A stretch of 64,000 nt of DNA from an uncultured virus (IMG/VR IMGVR_UViG_3300048549_001676). Lineage: Duplodnaviria; Heunggongvirae; Uroviricota; Caudoviricetes. The stretch is taken from the IMG/VR virus record IMGVR_UViG_3300048549_001676, one strand, 5' to 3'. Under the pieces are notes generated by a model. That model made no database searches. It had not been told where the DNA came from and saw only the letters and a program-made list of their open reading frames with translations. The position numbers and the translations under genes were made by a program. Numbering within the stretch: position 1 is the stretch's first letter; every line of letters begins with the position of its first letter. Of this stretch, positions 17,901 to 29,627 are shown piece after piece.

Positions 17901-20034
17901 TTGTTGCATAAGAATAACTTGATACAAATGATCCGTTATTATAACAAATAAACGAGTTATTTCCACCGTTTGAACTTGAGGAATACCACTTTGATACAAC
18001 ACATCCCCATCCTTTTGTATCATCGGTTGTGGCATAATGAGAAGTTGGTTTAATCCAAGCAGACCATGAAAATGTTCCATCCATGATTTGATCATCCCAA
18101 ATATCAGGTGACCACAATTGAAATTTATTTTTTCCACCAGGACTTGCTGGGAAATCAAATATTTTTCCTCGTTCATCGTCAGTTTTTATTACATCACCAA
18201 CAACATTTAATTGAGCACTTCCTTTTATCGGGTACAATAACGCACCGGATGTATAATTAGAAGCATCCCAACGATTAAATGGTTCTGCTACTGAAATTGG
18301 ATTTCCTGCTTGACCAGGTTCACCTTTATCACCTTTATCTCCTTTATCACCTTGAATACCTTGAGGTCCTTCTTCACCCACTTCACCCACTTCACCCTGT
18401 GGTCCTGCTGGTCCAATTGAACTCATAGGTGCAAAGTGCATATTCCTGAGAATATTATCTACAACATGATAAACAGATGAATCTAAATAAAACGTAATAT
18501 TTGGTCCAATTAATCTTGTTAATTTCAATGATCCATTCAAAAAGTAACGCACAATATTATTATCGTATGTTATTGTAAATACATCACCTGCTTTATATGC
18601 ACCAAACGCACCTTGGTTTGTTCCATTTTCATAGATATTTGCTACACCATTATTAGGATACCAAGCATGATCAATTCCATGATACGAGTCACCTGAACTT
18701 GGGCCTTTGTTTACATCTTGTGATAATCCAAGCATAAAATACTTGTTGTTATATGAAGGTGAAAATGTTACATAGCATCCACCTGTATAACCAGTTTTAG
18801 AATAAACCGAAGCATTCCATAAATTGTTTCCTTCTTTCTTTGAAAAACTATGACCCAACGGAACAGCATCTCCAATGTGTACAGGACCATCTGATACTAA
18901 ATTCAAATGAAGATTTGCTTGAGCAGGTGCTCCATCTTCACCATCAACACCATCTGCTCCTTTTTCACCAGGAATACCTTGTTCACCGGCAGGACCTTTT
19001 AAATCGGCTGCACCTACTGATGTACCATCAATTAAAAATGAACTTGCTTCTACACTTCCTTTAAATTTTGCGTTTCCGTCTGTTGTGATTGTTAATCCGT
19101 TTGGTCCATCAACAATGTTTCCACCAGTTACATTGTAATCTCCTACTCCAATGTGAAGTCCAGATGCGTCTGCTCCCATCCATGCAGTTCCAATATTTGT
19201 TTTGGCACGACCAATTCTTAATTGGACGGATGAGTTATCATTAATTACATCGAGTTTTGCTTTTGGATCATTTGTTCCGATACCAACGGTACCAGTTGAA
19301 GTGATACGCATTGCTTCCACTTTGTTTGGATTAAAACGAATTGTTCCTGAATTATCATCTACAGTTTGTCCATCATTGATGTATGTACCAATATTAAGCA
19401 TATTTCCTGTATGTATTATTTCATTGTTATCAATACCTATACCTAGATTTTCTCCACCTACAAGCACTGCTCCTTTGGTGACATCATTCCCACCTATTGT
19501 AGTTGATGGTTGTGGTATTTGTAATTTTGCTTTAGGATCATCTGTTGAAATTCCAACGTCACCAGAAGCAGTAATTGTTAAAATGTTATCACCAGGGTGA
19601 TTAAAAAATCCCAATTTGTCATTATCGTTTGCTATTTCAAAATTTGCAGTTCCAGGTTGTTCTGTATCTGTAAATCTAATTGCAGGTCTTGCTCCTGATA
19701 TATGCAAAGGAACTTGAGCATCGTCTGTTCCGATTCCTACATTTATATTACCGAAAGATACTTTTCCATCACTTACTTCTAAAGCAGAATCTCCTGCAGG
19801 ACCTGCAGGACCAGAAATACCAGGTTCTCCCTTGTCTCCTTTTTCTCCTGTCTCCCCTTTCTCTCCTTGCGATCCAACTGCGGTTTTAAGATCACCAAAA
19901 GTAACAATACTTGTTTGACCTCCTACACCTGCGTCTTCACCTGTAGTAACGTCCTTGTTTACTACGAGCAATTCATCGTTATCAGAAAGTTCTGTTATTT
20001 TACTTAACTCACTAATTTTCTTTCCATCTGCCAT
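14962..20034 (-). CDS. long tail fibre protein: collagen Gly-X-Y segments, VGIGT repeats, LamG-like lectin domain, peptidase S74 intramolecular chaperone
   Basis: [11 protein letters not shown]-terminus; five G-X-Y runs; VGIGT..PKAKL repeats; FSWSAWIKP...[20 protein letters not shown]...YGLIAQDV...LRYSEF. Confidence 0.9.
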   Translation of the reverse strand: MADGKKISELSKITELSDNDELLVVNKDVTTGEDAGVGGQTSIVTFGDLKTAVGSQGEKGETGEKGDKGEPGISGPAGPAGDSALEVSDGKVSFGNINVGIGTDDAQVPLHISGARPAIRFTDTEQPGTANFEIANDNDKLGFFNHPGDNILTITASGDVGISTDDPKAKLQIPQPSTTIGGNDVTKGAVLVGGENLGIGIDNNEIIHTGNMLNIGTYINDGQTVDDNSGTIRFNPNKVEAMRITSTGTVGIGTNDPKAKLDVINDNSSVQLRIGRAKTNIGTAWMGADASGLHIGVGDYNVTGGNIVDGPNGLTITTDGNAKFKGSVEASSFLIDGTSVGAADLKGPAGEQGIPGEKGADGVDGEDGAPAQANLHLNLVSDGPVHIGDAVPLGHSFSKKEGNNLWNASVYSKTGYTGGCYVTFSPSYNNKYFMLGLSQDVNKGPSSGDSYHGIDHAWYPNNGVANIYENGTNQGAFGAYKAGDVFTITYDNNIVRYFLNGSLKLTRLIGPNITFYLDSSVYHVVDNILRNMHFAPMSSIGPAGPQGEVGEVGEEGPQGIQGDKGDKGDKGEPGQAGNPISVAEPFNRWDASNYTSGALLYPIKGSAQLNVVGDVIKTDDERGKIFDFPASPGGKNKFQLWSPDIWDDQIMDGTFSWSAWIKPTSHYATTDDTKGWGCVVSKWYSSSSNGGNNSFICYNNGSFVSSYSYATTPLDNWKPELNKWTHLTWVLNDGVCTLYANGKVIPTKSQPNSARGYPQHTKHTFKNSSERMRVGAIGTRGHYQFNGRIDDVKFYDVALDEGEVYFAFNGIGGGGLVGPQGPAGEQGEKGEKGDKGDPGPPGEQGERGQDGVQGDPGAPGADGADGEKGDPGEKGDATLINYASNANWEIATSKSSYSSQDELPFGVNGTPAENSVAWGTDPFGRRVKIWKARNNDTASNADGGWNKQIKGLNKNAGYMSVVYVRRNGTSVSGRFYHGCKQSGDTLNLNGSTTDTSKNPYFYHGIINNLPQDKWLLSVGFIRANNDTNTTNSGLGGLYDVATGKQLIQYTDFKMGTTGVQSHRTYLFYSRKGTDSIDWTLPGFYELDSDAPTIQDLLRIGGGGGTGSASGQTGPMGPQGEQGPPGDVAELANMTLPQLKTEKLELQGDLTMKSHKIKFGSGNSQLMESSGSMTYNSSNGDHNFRANGGGHGTIDVNNIKLSKLESNALKIDGTTTNILGSLTVHNVIINKSGHQLFGGAQVISMSENNGAGNHLFTTNDGVFHIHPRERNGKNDKLARVSFNDRLRIDTSNKANTYITAHTNPSRDPDTSKDGPRTLHIEAPKGDINIRAGDGSRDWGTIMLRAQGYVSTMPIEKGSDKYFNAYPKSLNPDGKTIIRIMGGAMFPEFGHVDLGTPNYMYRFDKIYARNHIDTGSDRRLKHQIEKSDLGLEFITKLKPVKYKYKDETQVDPETGKEFTLKHNRVHYGLIAQDVADVLDGKDFSGYVDPSMDDETNSDNNMLSLRYSEFVSPMIMSIKQLNNKIEKLEVADSNKKKRMGHLEQKLEKKHKTQMQKMKQLESNKVVDSESNVDNSEITAELSSKISKLEEERDVKLREMDEKIEKTREDLAKEFPVHWGEPPVVETKDMVKLPGNYGWGSSTLKGWIEANMKSDRNEMTEIKSVHIRILDAIKTINERLSKLEGKNNPDTQEL

Positions 20035-20056
20035 TTTTAATCTCCAGTTATTATAA

Positions 20057-20500
20057 TTAAATTTTTTCTATATATTCCAAGTTTGGTAGTTCTGTTAATG
20101 TTCTTTTAAACAAAGAACCTTTTATTTGATTTATATCAAAAGTGTTTTCAATAATTCTGACCGACTTGTTTCGATTTTGAAAAAGTATTTTCACAGAATC
20201 ATTTTGTAATTTAGTTTCAAATAATATTTCTCGTTGACCTTGCTTTCCTATATATTCAATTTTAAAATAAGGTCTATTATATGTTGTATTAATATTATCT
20301 CCGGCGATATCTTTTAATTGAAAGTTATTCATATTTAAAAAACATCCTTCTTCTAAACAAGAAATATAAAACGAATCTACCAAACTACGACTATCCTCAT
20401 CTGTTGATTTACTGACAGAAGTATAATTTAAAACTACTCTTCTATCATGAGAAAAGTTGTCGTATGCACGAATATGCTTAATTGTTTGATTGATCACCAT
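20057..20500 (-). CDS. hypothetical protein
   Basis: 147-aa ORF with upstream ATATTTAT motif. Confidence 0.65.
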   Translation of the reverse strand: MVINQTIKHIRAYDNFSHDRRVVLNYTSVSKSTDEDSRSLVDSFYISCLEEGCFLNMNNFQLKDIAGDNINTTYNRPYFKIEYIGKQGQREILFETKLQNDSVKILFQNRNKSVRIIENTFDINQIKGSLFKRTLTELPNLEYIEKI

Positions 20501-20517
20501 CTATTATAAATATGTTT

Positions 20518-21000
20518 TTACTTTTTTTTGGTTATGTTCTCGTATAATTCTTTTACATTATTTTTAATTTTTTTTGCAATTTTGTTTTTAACCTTTGTAT
20601 CACCTCTTACTTCCTTAATATTCCAAAATTGCATTTTATCAGCATATTTTTCATAATGTTCCATTAAAAAGTCTTTTTGTTCTTTTTCACTTATCACTAC
20701 AATGTGATCACAATGTGCGAAATCTTCGTCTGAAATTTTAGTATGCTCTTTTGTGTAACAATCACTTCCAAGCATCAAATAACTATCACAAACCTGCTTA
20801 GAAAACTCATTTAGGTTCTGAGATTCATTTAAGTCCACATTCGTACTATATGCGGCTGGATACCTTGAACTGGGATAACGTCCCAATCCGTGAGTGTTCA
20901 ACATAAAAAGACACTCTAGTTTACCCAAGTTGTTAAAATATGCTTCCGCAAATTTACTGCGATACATATCTCCGTTTCCAATAAATAATACTTTCTTCAT
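20518..21000 (-). CDS. LMW protein-tyrosine phosphatase/ArsC-like protein lacking the catalytic Cys
   Basis: KKVLFIGNGDMYRSKFAEAYFN versus canonical VLFLCTGNxxRS. Confidence 0.75.
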   Translation of the reverse strand: MKKVLFIGNGDMYRSKFAEAYFNNLGKLECLFMLNTHGLGRYPSSRYPAAYSTNVDLNESQNLNEFSKQVCDSYLMLGSDCYTKEHTKISDEDFAHCDHIVVISEKEQKDFLMEHYEKYADKMQFWNIKEVRGDTKVKNKIAKKIKNNVKELYENITKKK

Positions 21001-21041
21001 ATTATAATAACTATGATATATACGAGTTTTTATAATTTTTA

Positions 21042-21173
21042 TTAAGAAATTAAATCAAATAAAAAACCTAAAATATTTTGCAAAACTACAATCAAACTTG
21101 CAAAATACCAAAAAGAAAATATCAATGCCCCAACACCTAATACGCAAATTATATATAAAAGTATTTTTTTCAC
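21042..21173 (-). CDS. small membrane peptide (43 aa)
   Basis: GTG start overlapping resolvase stop (GTGA); MKKILLYIICVLGVGALIFSFWYFASLIVVLQNILGFLFDLIS. Confidence 0.45.
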   Translation of the reverse strand: MKKILLYIICVLGVGALIFSFWYFASLIVVLQNILGFLFDLIS

Positions 21174-21706
21174 AGATTTTTTAATTTAAGTCTAGCAAAA
21201 TCAACTATTACATTTTTGACATTTTTGAATTCATCAAACGAAATCATCATATATTTTCGTTTGTATATTAAGTGATTTTCAAAATATGTTGTCGGACAAA
21301 TTCCATTGTCTGTTTTTACAATTCTATAATCAAATACCACATAAGAACCAATATAACTAAACTTTGCCATTATCATCGGTAAACGTTTAGCAAGTTTTGC
21401 GTCTGCTTCTGCTGATTCAATCCATCCATCTAACAACTTATTCTCTCCTTGTAGTAAATGAGAGAATTTAAAATCATCATAATGCTTTGCCTCGATAGTA
21501 AATGGAAAATCCTTTGGTGTGATAATATCACCTGTCAAAATTTCCACAACATCTTGTCGTTCACCGTTTGCGTTTTCTGCATTTTCCCCACCAAACATTG
21601 CACCTGATCGTGGAACACGACTAAACTTGCCCTCAAAGTTGTCTTCTAAAAACTTTGCAACCTCAAGTTCCCATGCGTTTCCTTTATCTTTTGACGATGC
21701 TCCCAT
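21170..21706 (-). CDS. phage Holliday junction resolvase (PD-(D/E)xK)
   Basis: SKDKGNAWELEVAK, RVPRSGA, GDII...FTIEAKH; start set at MGASS. Confidence 0.82.
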   Translation of the reverse strand: MGASSKDKGNAWELEVAKFLEDNFEGKFSRVPRSGAMFGGENAENANGERQDVVEILTGDIITPKDFPFTIEAKHYDDFKFSHLLQGENKLLDGWIESAEADAKLAKRLPMIMAKFSYIGSYVVFDYRIVKTDNGICPTTYFENHLIYKRKYMMISFDEFKNVKNVIVDFARLKLKNL

Positions 21707-21735
21707 TATTATAATAAATATCAAAAAAATAGTTT

Positions 21736-22473
21736 TTATAATAACCCCCACTCTCTATTTTTGTTTGCTATGTAATTATTGTTACTTATATTTTTTTGAC
21801 TATTTTTAAAATTAATATAGTTTGACTTTATTTGCATTTCACTACAAACATGACCACTGGGTAAATTCTCAATCAAAGTCTTTGGATAATTTCTGAATCT
21901 CTCTTCATCCGTATGTTCTATTTTGCCGATAAAAGATTTTGGCAATTCTATAAGTTTTATTCCAATGTGTTTTAATCGTTCACAAAAATCTAATTCTTCG
22001 TATCCCCAACCGGCCATTTCTTCATTGTAGCCATTTATTTTAAGAAAATCATTTTTTCTACATACCACACGACCACACATTCCTTTTGTTTGCTTAGTGT
22101 ATCCTACTTTAAATGCAATTTTTGATTCCAATGAAAATATATTGTAAATATATTCTACAAACCCTGCGTAAGACAGATTGTCTGCATCTAACCAACACAA
22201 AATATCACCGGTTGCGTGTTTTCCCAAAATATTTTTAGTTTTAGACATATGAAAGTATTTTGGTTTGTTGGTTTCAATATACTTAAATTCAATCTTACAA
22301 TCACTTAAATTTTCATTTACCCATTTACTCACACCATCCTTTGAATTATAATTCAATAATACAAATTCAACCTGACAATTTGGTGTAGGCATATTTTGAT
22401 TAATATTTCTAAGATATGTCTTTTTAAGATGATGACATCTGTCCATGCAACTTGTCAAAAATGATATTTTCAT
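21736..22473 (-). CDS. GT-A glycosyltransferase (GT2/GT7-like)
   Basis: ISFLTSCMDR, WLDADN (DxD), NGYNEEMAGWGYEELDF. Confidence 0.85.
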   Translation of the reverse strand: MKISFLTSCMDRCHHLKKTYLRNINQNMPTPNCQVEFVLLNYNSKDGVSKWVNENLSDCKIEFKYIETNKPKYFHMSKTKNILGKHATGDILCWLDADNLSYAGFVEYIYNIFSLESKIAFKVGYTKQTKGMCGRVVCRKNDFLKINGYNEEMAGWGYEELDFCERLKHIGIKLIELPKSFIGKIEHTDEERFRNYPKTLIENLPSGHVCSEMQIKSNYINFKNSQKNISNNNYIANKNREWGLL

Positions 22474-24293
22474 TTTTTCTTGTTTATTTGATTATACAAA
22501 TCACTTGTAAAAAAAGAACTCACAAAATTCTCAGCAGTAAACTGATGCACATCAATCTCAGTTTTCATATATTCATGTGTTCTATTTATCAATTCCATGT
22601 CAGCTGACATTAAACTTGCTTGCTCAATATTATCAAAGAAGAATGGATAATTTTCACCAAGATATTCAATTGTAGCAGGATGCCTTCTTATCAAAATAGG
22701 AGTTTGTCTTACTATACATTCAACTAGCAAATTACTTGCGGAAATATCATAAAAGTCAAAAAATACAATGTTTTGAGATAGCAGGATATCATAAGAATAA
22801 TTTGACATACGAGGAAGCAGTTTAGTATTGTATTTTTCACATAATTTTTTGAACTTTGCGTTATTTTTTTCAAAGTCTGAATTATTAAATGTAAAATGAT
22901 ATTTTGGCTCATTCATTTCATTTTTAATACAAGCATTCAAAATTTTTGCAATATGCGGAATGTTTTTGTCAATCTCAGGTGTAATGATTGACTTGGAAAT
23001 ATCAGATTGTGTATTTAGTTTTAAAATTGATGTCATTTTTCGCAACCAATATCCAACTTGTATTATACTTCTATCCTGGTTCATTAGAAATTTATCCATT
23101 GAAAATCTTATATCAGTAAATTCAGTCGGATGTTTTAAAACGGAAACCTTTGCATTTGGAATTAATTTTCTCCATTCATCTGCAAGATACTCTGATAATG
23201 TGAATATTCCTTTACACTTTTTCCATATCATTCTTAATTTTTTATCGTTTACGTACTTGTTTGGATATTGATTTACTATGTCCGCAATAAATTTTGGATA
23301 ATTGTGCGGAGCATGAGCAATTCCAACCCAACCACGAAACATCATAATTCTCATCAATTCATTGCTAAAACCCCAACCAAAATCTCTTTCTATAAAAGAT
23401 GAGAATACAAGTCCATGCGGATTATTACCTCTTGGTTTTAAACTATTCATCACAAATGCCCATCCACTTCTGTGCTTTCCATAACTGCCTTTGAATTGAG
23501 TATTGAAATCAAAGATTGAATTTAGTTTTTGAGATTTTTCATAATATTTTTTTATGATTTTATTGGTAACATCCGAGTGAATTTGTTGTGATCTTCTATT
23601 ATGAGAATTTTCTACAATTCTATAAACGGCCAATGGTTTTGGTAAATGCTGAAAATAAAAACCATTTGTTGATGCTCTTAACCAAAATTCCCAATCAGAT
23701 GCGTGTTTATATTTTTCTTCATCAAAATATCCTATTTTATCGTGAATTGATTTTTTCCAAACAGGACTACTATGTGGTATATTTTTTGATTGTATATTTC
23801 CATCGTTGTTTACAAACATATCTTTTGCACAATAAAAATTTGGAACTCCTTTAACAAACCATTTTTTTATAGATTCATTATTTGTTTCGTCAAAAATATC
23901 ATTTTCGTTTATTGCATAAACTGCCGTAGAAACCAATGAAATACTTGTATTATATTCCATTGCATCTACACACTCTTCTATGTGTGTTGAAATTCTTGCA
24001 TCATCTAAATTTGCATTTGTAATATATTTCCCTTTTGCTTTCTTGATAGCATAATTCCACGTTCCGTAGATACCAGGGTCATAAGTTAGTCGTTCATATA
24101 AAATGTTTTCATAATTTTTCTGAAATGAACGAATTACTTCTACTTCGTTTCCAGGTGAATTTGCATCAATGATTATCAATTCACATTTTTGAAAAATACT
24201 TTGTTTAACAATGTTTTGTAGAAAGTCGTGGATATAATTATCACCATCATACAACGATGTTATTATCGATACAACCGGTTCACCTTCATCCAT
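22470..24293 (-). CDS. GT2 glycosyltransferase fused to a C-terminal uncharacterised (GT-B-like) domain
   Basis: VSIITSLY, IIDANS, ITNANLDD, GYFDE...SDWEFWLR; C-terminal HRSGW...QVGYWLRK...ASNLLVECIVRQTP. Confidence 0.85.
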   Translation of the reverse strand: MDEGEPVVSIITSLYDGDNYIHDFLQNIVKQSIFQKCELIIIDANSPGNEVEVIRSFQKNYENILYERLTYDPGIYGTWNYAIKKAKGKYITNANLDDARISTHIEECVDAMEYNTSISLVSTAVYAINENDIFDETNNESIKKWFVKGVPNFYCAKDMFVNNDGNIQSKNIPHSSPVWKKSIHDKIGYFDEEKYKHASDWEFWLRASTNGFYFQHLPKPLAVYRIVENSHNRRSQQIHSDVTNKIIKKYYEKSQKLNSIFDFNTQFKGSYGKHRSGWAFVMNSLKPRGNNPHGLVFSSFIERDFGWGFSNELMRIMMFRGWVGIAHAPHNYPKFIADIVNQYPNKYVNDKKLRMIWKKCKGIFTLSEYLADEWRKLIPNAKVSVLKHPTEFTDIRFSMDKFLMNQDRSIIQVGYWLRKMTSILKLNTQSDISKSIITPEIDKNIPHIAKILNACIKNEMNEPKYHFTFNNSDFEKNNAKFKKLCEKYNTKLLPRMSNYSYDILLSQNIVFFDFYDISASNLLVECIVRQTPILIRRHPATIEYLGENYPFFFDNIEQASLMSADMELINRTHEYMKTEIDVHQFTAENFVSSFFTSDLYNQINKKK

Positions 24294-24365
24294 AAAATAT
24301 AAATATTACAATATTCAATTTCATTTGCTATATGAAGTTAGTAAATCTAATTTAAACAAACCATA

Positions 24366-25634
24366 TTATTTTAAAAAACTTAATAACTTTTTGCTTGGAC
24401 TAATTCCAAAGTCTCTAAATTTATTACTTAAAATCGTTGCCTTATTTTTTCTGTTTTTATTAAATGCATCTACATCAAACTTTACAAAATCTGTCAAATT
24501 GTTGATTTTTTTCTGTTCCAATATCTCTTTAAATCTTGATTGTGGAATAGACGGAATGCACAGTTCTTCTCCGAGTTCTTTGGTTCTATCATCCCAATAT
24601 ACAAGCAGAGTTGGAACTTCTGACATTAGTGTGAGGACTGAGCCATGGATTCGTGTGCCATATGTAAAATGAATATTTTCATTCAAAAATTTTGCTTGCT
24701 CGTAAATATCCTCAATGTATATAATTTTATTAATATTTTTATCATTTATATACTCTTTGAATTTTAAATCATTTTCAGAAAAATCTAATTTACCAGAATT
24801 TCTGTATTTACCTACCAATGGGACTAAAAAACTACTTTGAGCAATTATGATATCTTCAGATTCACTCAATGAACTCAATTGATGCTTGTCCGAGAGCTCT
24901 CTATCGGAAAAATATGAAGGATAGCAAGCAGTATTTTTCTTTTTAATTGTTTTTAGTAAATCTATTTTTTTACTTATTTTTTCTGCTAATAATTTATCTG
25001 AATTTAGAAACATACTAGGACATCCGAATACCGTCATCTTATTTGTGTCGTAACCCATGCTTTTAATTATATTATATGTATTTTTTCCTCGCACCAACAC
25101 ATGGGATTGTTTACTCCATATTGTGTCCAAAAAAGATTTAGTTGCGCCTTCAACTGGTTCTTTTACAAGAGTACCTTCAAAAGACTGAGCACCAAGACCC
25201 ACAACCAAAACTGGTTTATTGAAATAATTAATTACATCTTCTACATGAGTTCCATTCCACTGCCCACCTACCCAATTAGCAGCCGGTATAACAAGAATGT
25301 CTATATCGTCTGGTTTAAATTTTGACAAACCGTTTCCTCCAGATATATTACGATTTCCGTTGTCAATGTAAATTACATCATTATCAAATAAATGTCTAAG
25401 TCCATAACGAAAGCAATTGTTTCCAATATTACCACCGTATTTTCTCATAAAAATGTCTTGTTCAGTTTCGTTTGCTATGAACTCAACATCTGCACTTGTC
25501 GAAACTCCATCCTCTGTTTTTGTAAAACGACTTTTTGCACGTTCAAGATTAAAATCTTCCTCAATTTCATTGTCCCATAAATCGTACCAATATCCAAAAA
25601 AACCTACTTTTAATTTATTATTAAATGAGTCCAT
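24366..25634 (-). CDS. polysaccharide pyruvyl transferase family protein
   Basis: GGNIGN, VVGLGAQ, LVRG..T, FGCPS, YGTRIHG motifs. Confidence 0.82.
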   Translation of the reverse strand: MDSFNNKLKVGFFGYWYDLWDNEIEEDFNLERAKSRFTKTEDGVSTSADVEFIANETEQDIFMRKYGGNIGNNCFRYGLRHLFDNDVIYIDNGNRNISGGNGLSKFKPDDIDILVIPAANWVGGQWNGTHVEDVINYFNKPVLVVGLGAQSFEGTLVKEPVEGATKSFLDTIWSKQSHVLVRGKNTYNIIKSMGYDTNKMTVFGCPSMFLNSDKLLAEKISKKIDLLKTIKKKNTACYPSYFSDRELSDKHQLSSLSESEDIIIAQSSFLVPLVGKYRNSGKLDFSENDLKFKEYINDKNINKIIYIEDIYEQAKFLNENIHFTYGTRIHGSVLTLMSEVPTLLVYWDDRTKELGEELCIPSIPQSRFKEILEQKKINNLTDFVKFDVDAFNKNRKNKATILSNKFRDFGISPSKKLLSFLK

Positions 25635-25635
25635 A

Positions 25636-27210
25636 TTATTTCCTGTTAAGTTTTACATAACTAAGTTGCTTTATCTTATTCTGTATTCCCTCTGTATAAT
25701 TTGCATGATGCATAACAATTCCGACTGGAATTTGTAATTCTTTCATAGAAGGATGAATATAATCATTGTCGTTTTCTGGTTTTTCATTTGGTATCCACCT
25801 CCACCCGTGATCAAACATATTTACTTTATCCATAAGATATGTACAATCTTCATTATACTCTTTGTCAATCTTGATAAAATTAGCTGCCTGATTTCCAGGT
25901 GAATAAAAAGATGTAGGTAGCAATCTCCACTTCAATCCATCAATTTTGTAGTTTTCATGCCTATCATGTAAAAGAAAATTCACAGCAACTTGATCGTCAA
26001 TTTTTAATTCAATACAAACCTTTTTTACAGATTCCCACAATTTCAAAGTTTTTTCGTTTCCTCTACAAGCAAAAAATCCTGCACACGCAACTGGTCGGGG
26101 ATACGGACAGTCGTTTTGAAAAACAATATCTCGTCCTTGTAATTCTGTTTCTAGTATTTTTTCTATTTTAGAAAAGTACTGAATATCAACGTCACTATGA
26201 ATAAACCACCCACCCCAATTTTCATGAATTGCTCTAATTATCAAATCTATTTTTTGGTGAACAATACTCTCCCAACCAGTTGAGTGATACTCACCTGTTT
26301 TGCATTCCTGTTTATGATGTTCTTCAACTATCTCAAAATCATCTTTTATAGATGGAAGAAAATAATTATATTTCATTTCGTCATGTGAAGGTGAACTGAA
26401 AATATACATTTTTGTTTTACTATTTAAGTGTTTTTTCATATCTACTCGTTTATCATCTGCATAAACTCGGCCGAGATAATATGCAAAACATCGTTCAAGG
26501 ACATGGCCAATTCCTCTTCTAAACTTTAAATCAAATTCTTTGTCTGAATTACTTTCGTAACTTTCTTTTGAGGTACCTGCACGATTCATATCTTCGGATT
26601 TAATCAGTTCTTCATGTGCGAAGCAATCCCACCCATATTTATTAAGAATATATTTTGTTACTCTTAATAACCACGACTGAAACTTCAGAAATTCATTTTT
26701 GCTTAAAATAGCTGTACCATTGAATGGTCCACTTTCATCGTTGCTTTTGTTTTCTATTTTAAAATCAGAATTTGCATTGATATCTATAATTATATCATTT
26801 GACGGATCGTCTTCAAATATATATGGACGAAAATATGCTCCGTAAATATTATTTGTTTCGAATTTTTTGTTCTCTAAATAATCAAATTTTATCGGTGGTA
26901 GCATCCATTTTCCTGAGTGTTCTGTCAGTGGATATCCCAATTCTTTAGCAAAATCATAATTATATTTGTGAGGAATTGAGTATGTAAAAAGACCTACCAT
27001 ATCCTTTGTTGGTTTTATTGTAAGAATACCAAGAAATTCTGAATATATTGCTTTATTTTGTTGTAGTGTTAAACCACTTACACGCAAATCATCTATAATT
27101 GAAATTTCATCAAGATTAACATAATTTATAGAACTTAGGTTTTTTGATGCTTTTACATCTTCTAAATTTGCGTTTGAGTGATAAAAAATAAAATGTTCTA
27201 TGTTGCCCAT
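25636..27210 (-). CDS. two-domain protein with C-terminal nucleotide-diphospho-sugar transferase (GT77-like)
   Basis: FIHSDVDIQYF, CAGFFACR, DDQVAVN, MHHANYTEG...K. Confidence 0.75.
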   Translation of the reverse strand: MGNIEHFIFYHSNANLEDVKASKNLSSINYVNLDEISIIDDLRVSGLTLQQNKAIYSEFLGILTIKPTKDMVGLFTYSIPHKYNYDFAKELGYPLTEHSGKWMLPPIKFDYLENKKFETNNIYGAYFRPYIFEDDPSNDIIIDINANSDFKIENKSNDESGPFNGTAILSKNEFLKFQSWLLRVTKYILNKYGWDCFAHEELIKSEDMNRAGTSKESYESNSDKEFDLKFRRGIGHVLERCFAYYLGRVYADDKRVDMKKHLNSKTKMYIFSSPSHDEMKYNYFLPSIKDDFEIVEEHHKQECKTGEYHSTGWESIVHQKIDLIIRAIHENWGGWFIHSDVDIQYFSKIEKILETELQGRDIVFQNDCPYPRPVACAGFFACRGNEKTLKLWESVKKVCIELKIDDQVAVNFLLHDRHENYKIDGLKWRLLPTSFYSPGNQAANFIKIDKEYNEDCTYLMDKVNMFDHGWRWIPNEKPENDNDYIHPSMKELQIPVGIVMHHANYTEGIQNKIKQLSYVKLNRK

Positions 27211-27998
27211 GTCAATAATTTTTTAAGGTGGTATTCAAATGAATCTAAACTTTTTAGTCCGTGTATTAAAATTTTAGTTGGACTGGGTTCTTTGAATTCA
27301 TCGTACGGTTTACACCAATAATCGATTCGGTGTTCCCATAAGTTAGAACAATTTACATATTTCCAATCATCGTTATTTTTAATAGATTGAGATAAAAAGA
27401 CATCAAACGAATAATCCGAAACCATAAAATTTGTATCTCTGACATATTTTAGAATAGCAGGAGAATAGCAAGCAACACCATTTATATGCTCTGGTATTTT
27501 AGGTCTATTATCTGCACCAAGTATTTCCGGCATATTATCTTTATTTACATAATGTCCCATTAAAACTATTCTATCTTTATTATCTCTAAATGAAAACCAA
27601 TGTTTATTTAGTAAGCTTAACCAGTTTACGTCCGTAAACATAACATCGTGTTCCATCCAAAAAACAAATCCTTTAAAATCGGCATACAATGTCTCTACAC
27701 AAGCAAATGCTTGTACAAACATATGCTTTACTATTCGGTGACGTGATGGTCTACCTCTTGAATTAAATTTAGGTTTTCTGCATCTGTGTAATTTAGTTTC
27801 TCCGTGGTTACCAAAAGTTTTTAATAAATATGTACCATCAGGTGCATCCCATCTTGCTAATAGCAAAAAGCAAACTTCTATATCAGAAACATTTTGCGTT
27901 AATTGACTCCAATTTTTAGCAATTTTTTCGTATCTATCCAATTCAGCCTGACACCAATAAGGTAATACAATTATATTTTTATGCGGTTTTGCCATCAT
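27198..27998 (-). CDS. putative GT-A-fold glycosyltransferase
   Basis: FWMEHDV (ExD), HINGVACY, FDV, LIHG; genomic context. Confidence 0.5.
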   Translation of the reverse strand: MMAKPHKNIIVLPYWCQAELDRYEKIAKNWSQLTQNVSDIEVCFLLLARWDAPDGTYLLKTFGNHGETKLHRCRKPKFNSRGRPSRHRIVKHMFVQAFACVETLYADFKGFVFWMEHDVMFTDVNWLSLLNKHWFSFRDNKDRIVLMGHYVNKDNMPEILGADNRPKIPEHINGVACYSPAILKYVRDTNFMVSDYSFDVFLSQSIKNNDDWKYVNCSNLWEHRIDYWCKPYDEFKEPSPTKILIHGLKSLDSFEYHLKKLLTWAT

Positions 27999-28013
27999 AT
28001 TATAAATATTAAA

Positions 28014-28928
28014 TTACCATTTTATTATATCATTATATTCAGTAAAATTATAAAAACTTTCATTGTTAAATTTTTTATACAAATCCCCACCGGCATCGGA
28101 TGCAAACTTTCCGAATGAACTCGGACTTGTGGGAAGCATATAATTTGTTTGTGACAATAAATACAAATCTACCATTGCATCAAATTGTCCATTCTTTTGT
28201 GCATTTAATTTACTTTGCACGAATTGCTTTTCTCTGAATAAAAGTTTATTGGGTAATTTGTTCTTAAACATATTCAATACTTCCGGATCGTCAGTTGATA
28301 CAAAAACTTTTCCGGTGTGGTTTTTGCAAGTATCTATGATTTTGTTTAAATTATTTTTAGTGTGCGCTTTATGCTTTGGATTTCGGAAATCCATTGCATC
28401 ACCAAATCTTAAATGCACCCCAAGCACAACATTATCAAATAACTTCATTGTTTGCTGAGATTCAGTTTTTACTTTATTTGAAACTGACAATGAACGAACC
28501 ATTTTCTTGTATAATTTTTTGTGGTTTGGTATTTTGCTCACAAGAGCATCATTAAAAGTCCAATTTGGTAAATTTGAAACTTCTGCGGTTATCTTGGTAA
28601 ATGTTCCATTCATTAATAAATTTGACATTAATTCACTTTTCGTTAGCCTCGTTGAATCAAGTTTAAATTCACTTGTTCCTGTTATTCGTTTGTCTATTTG
28701 AAATGACACAGGACGATGTTCACACCATTCACTTTCATTTACAAATTCAAAGTCGGAGACTGAAATCAAGTCTGCTAACTGCGAGTCATCAAATCCGTTT
28801 GATTTAGTCCAATAAACATAAAATGGAAGTTTTAAGTATTCTGCAATAATTTTATAGGAAAACAAAACTCGTAGACGATTAGCAAGTCCATTAACTGGTC
28901 TGCATATAAAATATTTACTACTTTTCAT
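28014..28928 (-). CDS. fucosyltransferase-like GT-B protein (O-FucT/NodZ-like)
   Basis: NGLANRLR, GVHLRFGD, VFVSTDD, DLYLLSQT...SSF. Confidence 0.78.
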   Translation of the reverse strand: MKSSKYFICRPVNGLANRLRVLFSYKIIAEYLKLPFYVYWTKSNGFDDSQLADLISVSDFEFVNESEWCEHRPVSFQIDKRITGTSEFKLDSTRLTKSELMSNLLMNGTFTKITAEVSNLPNWTFNDALVSKIPNHKKLYKKMVRSLSVSNKVKTESQQTMKLFDNVVLGVHLRFGDAMDFRNPKHKAHTKNNLNKIIDTCKNHTGKVFVSTDDPEVLNMFKNKLPNKLLFREKQFVQSKLNAQKNGQFDAMVDLYLLSQTNYMLPTSPSSFGKFASDAGGDLYKKFNNESFYNFTEYNDIIKW

Positions 28929-29580
28929 CGTTAAATGAATAATTAAATAAATTTATATCAGTTGAATAATAATCTGATATTAGGTCAGTTGTATATTGAT
29001 CGTAATATTGTATATAATTACCTCGGTTCGATTGATTCATTTGAGGTAATGTTAAATCATTTAAATTTATTTGTTTAAAAATGAAATCTATATCAGATTT
29101 AATATTCTCAATTTTTCCTATGAAATCTACAATTATATTATTGTTTTCATCTGTAACATATTTGTATTGATGTGTTACTATTTCTTTGTCATCGTTTACC
29201 AAGAATTTTTGAACCCAATCTTTAAAATTTTCAGAGTTTGCGAGTTCGTATGAAAATGAATCATTTACATCTTTATAGAACTTGTCTTTTGGTGGATTAG
29301 TTTTCCACTTATTTGCCATTTTCTTTCTGTAAAAATATGCCGACACAACACGATCCCACGGATTTCTTACTATTGCAAATTTAAAATATGAATTCCAATC
29401 GTATTGGCACATCATAAATTCATCTTTTACTGCATTTGCTTTTGCGTGATAAAAGTATGCAGATTTTTTATCGGAAGTTGCTTTTGTTTCACAATATTTA
29501 CTGAGTAATCTTCGCACAGATGTACTTCCAGTTTTATGAACTGCAATAAACAAAAACTTTTTATTATGCGAAAGTAACAT
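28918..29580 (-). CDS. sulfotransferase (Sulfotransfer_2/CHST-like)
   Basis: FIAVHKTGSTS (5'-PSB), VRNPWDRVVSAY (3'-PB), DFIGKIE. Confidence 0.9.
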   Translation of the reverse strand: MLLSHNKKFLFIAVHKTGSTSVRRLLSKYCETKATSDKKSAYFYHAKANAVKDEFMMCQYDWNSYFKFAIVRNPWDRVVSAYFYRKKMANKWKTNPPKDKFYKDVNDSFSYELANSENFKDWVQKFLVNDDKEIVTHQYKYVTDENNNIIVDFIGKIENIKSDIDFIFKQINLNDLTLPQMNQSNRGNYIQYYDQYTTDLISDYYSTDINLFNYSFNDEK

Positions 29581-29627
29581 ACAACATCTCCAAACTATAA
29601 ATATAGTTTAAGATGTGTTTTTATAAA

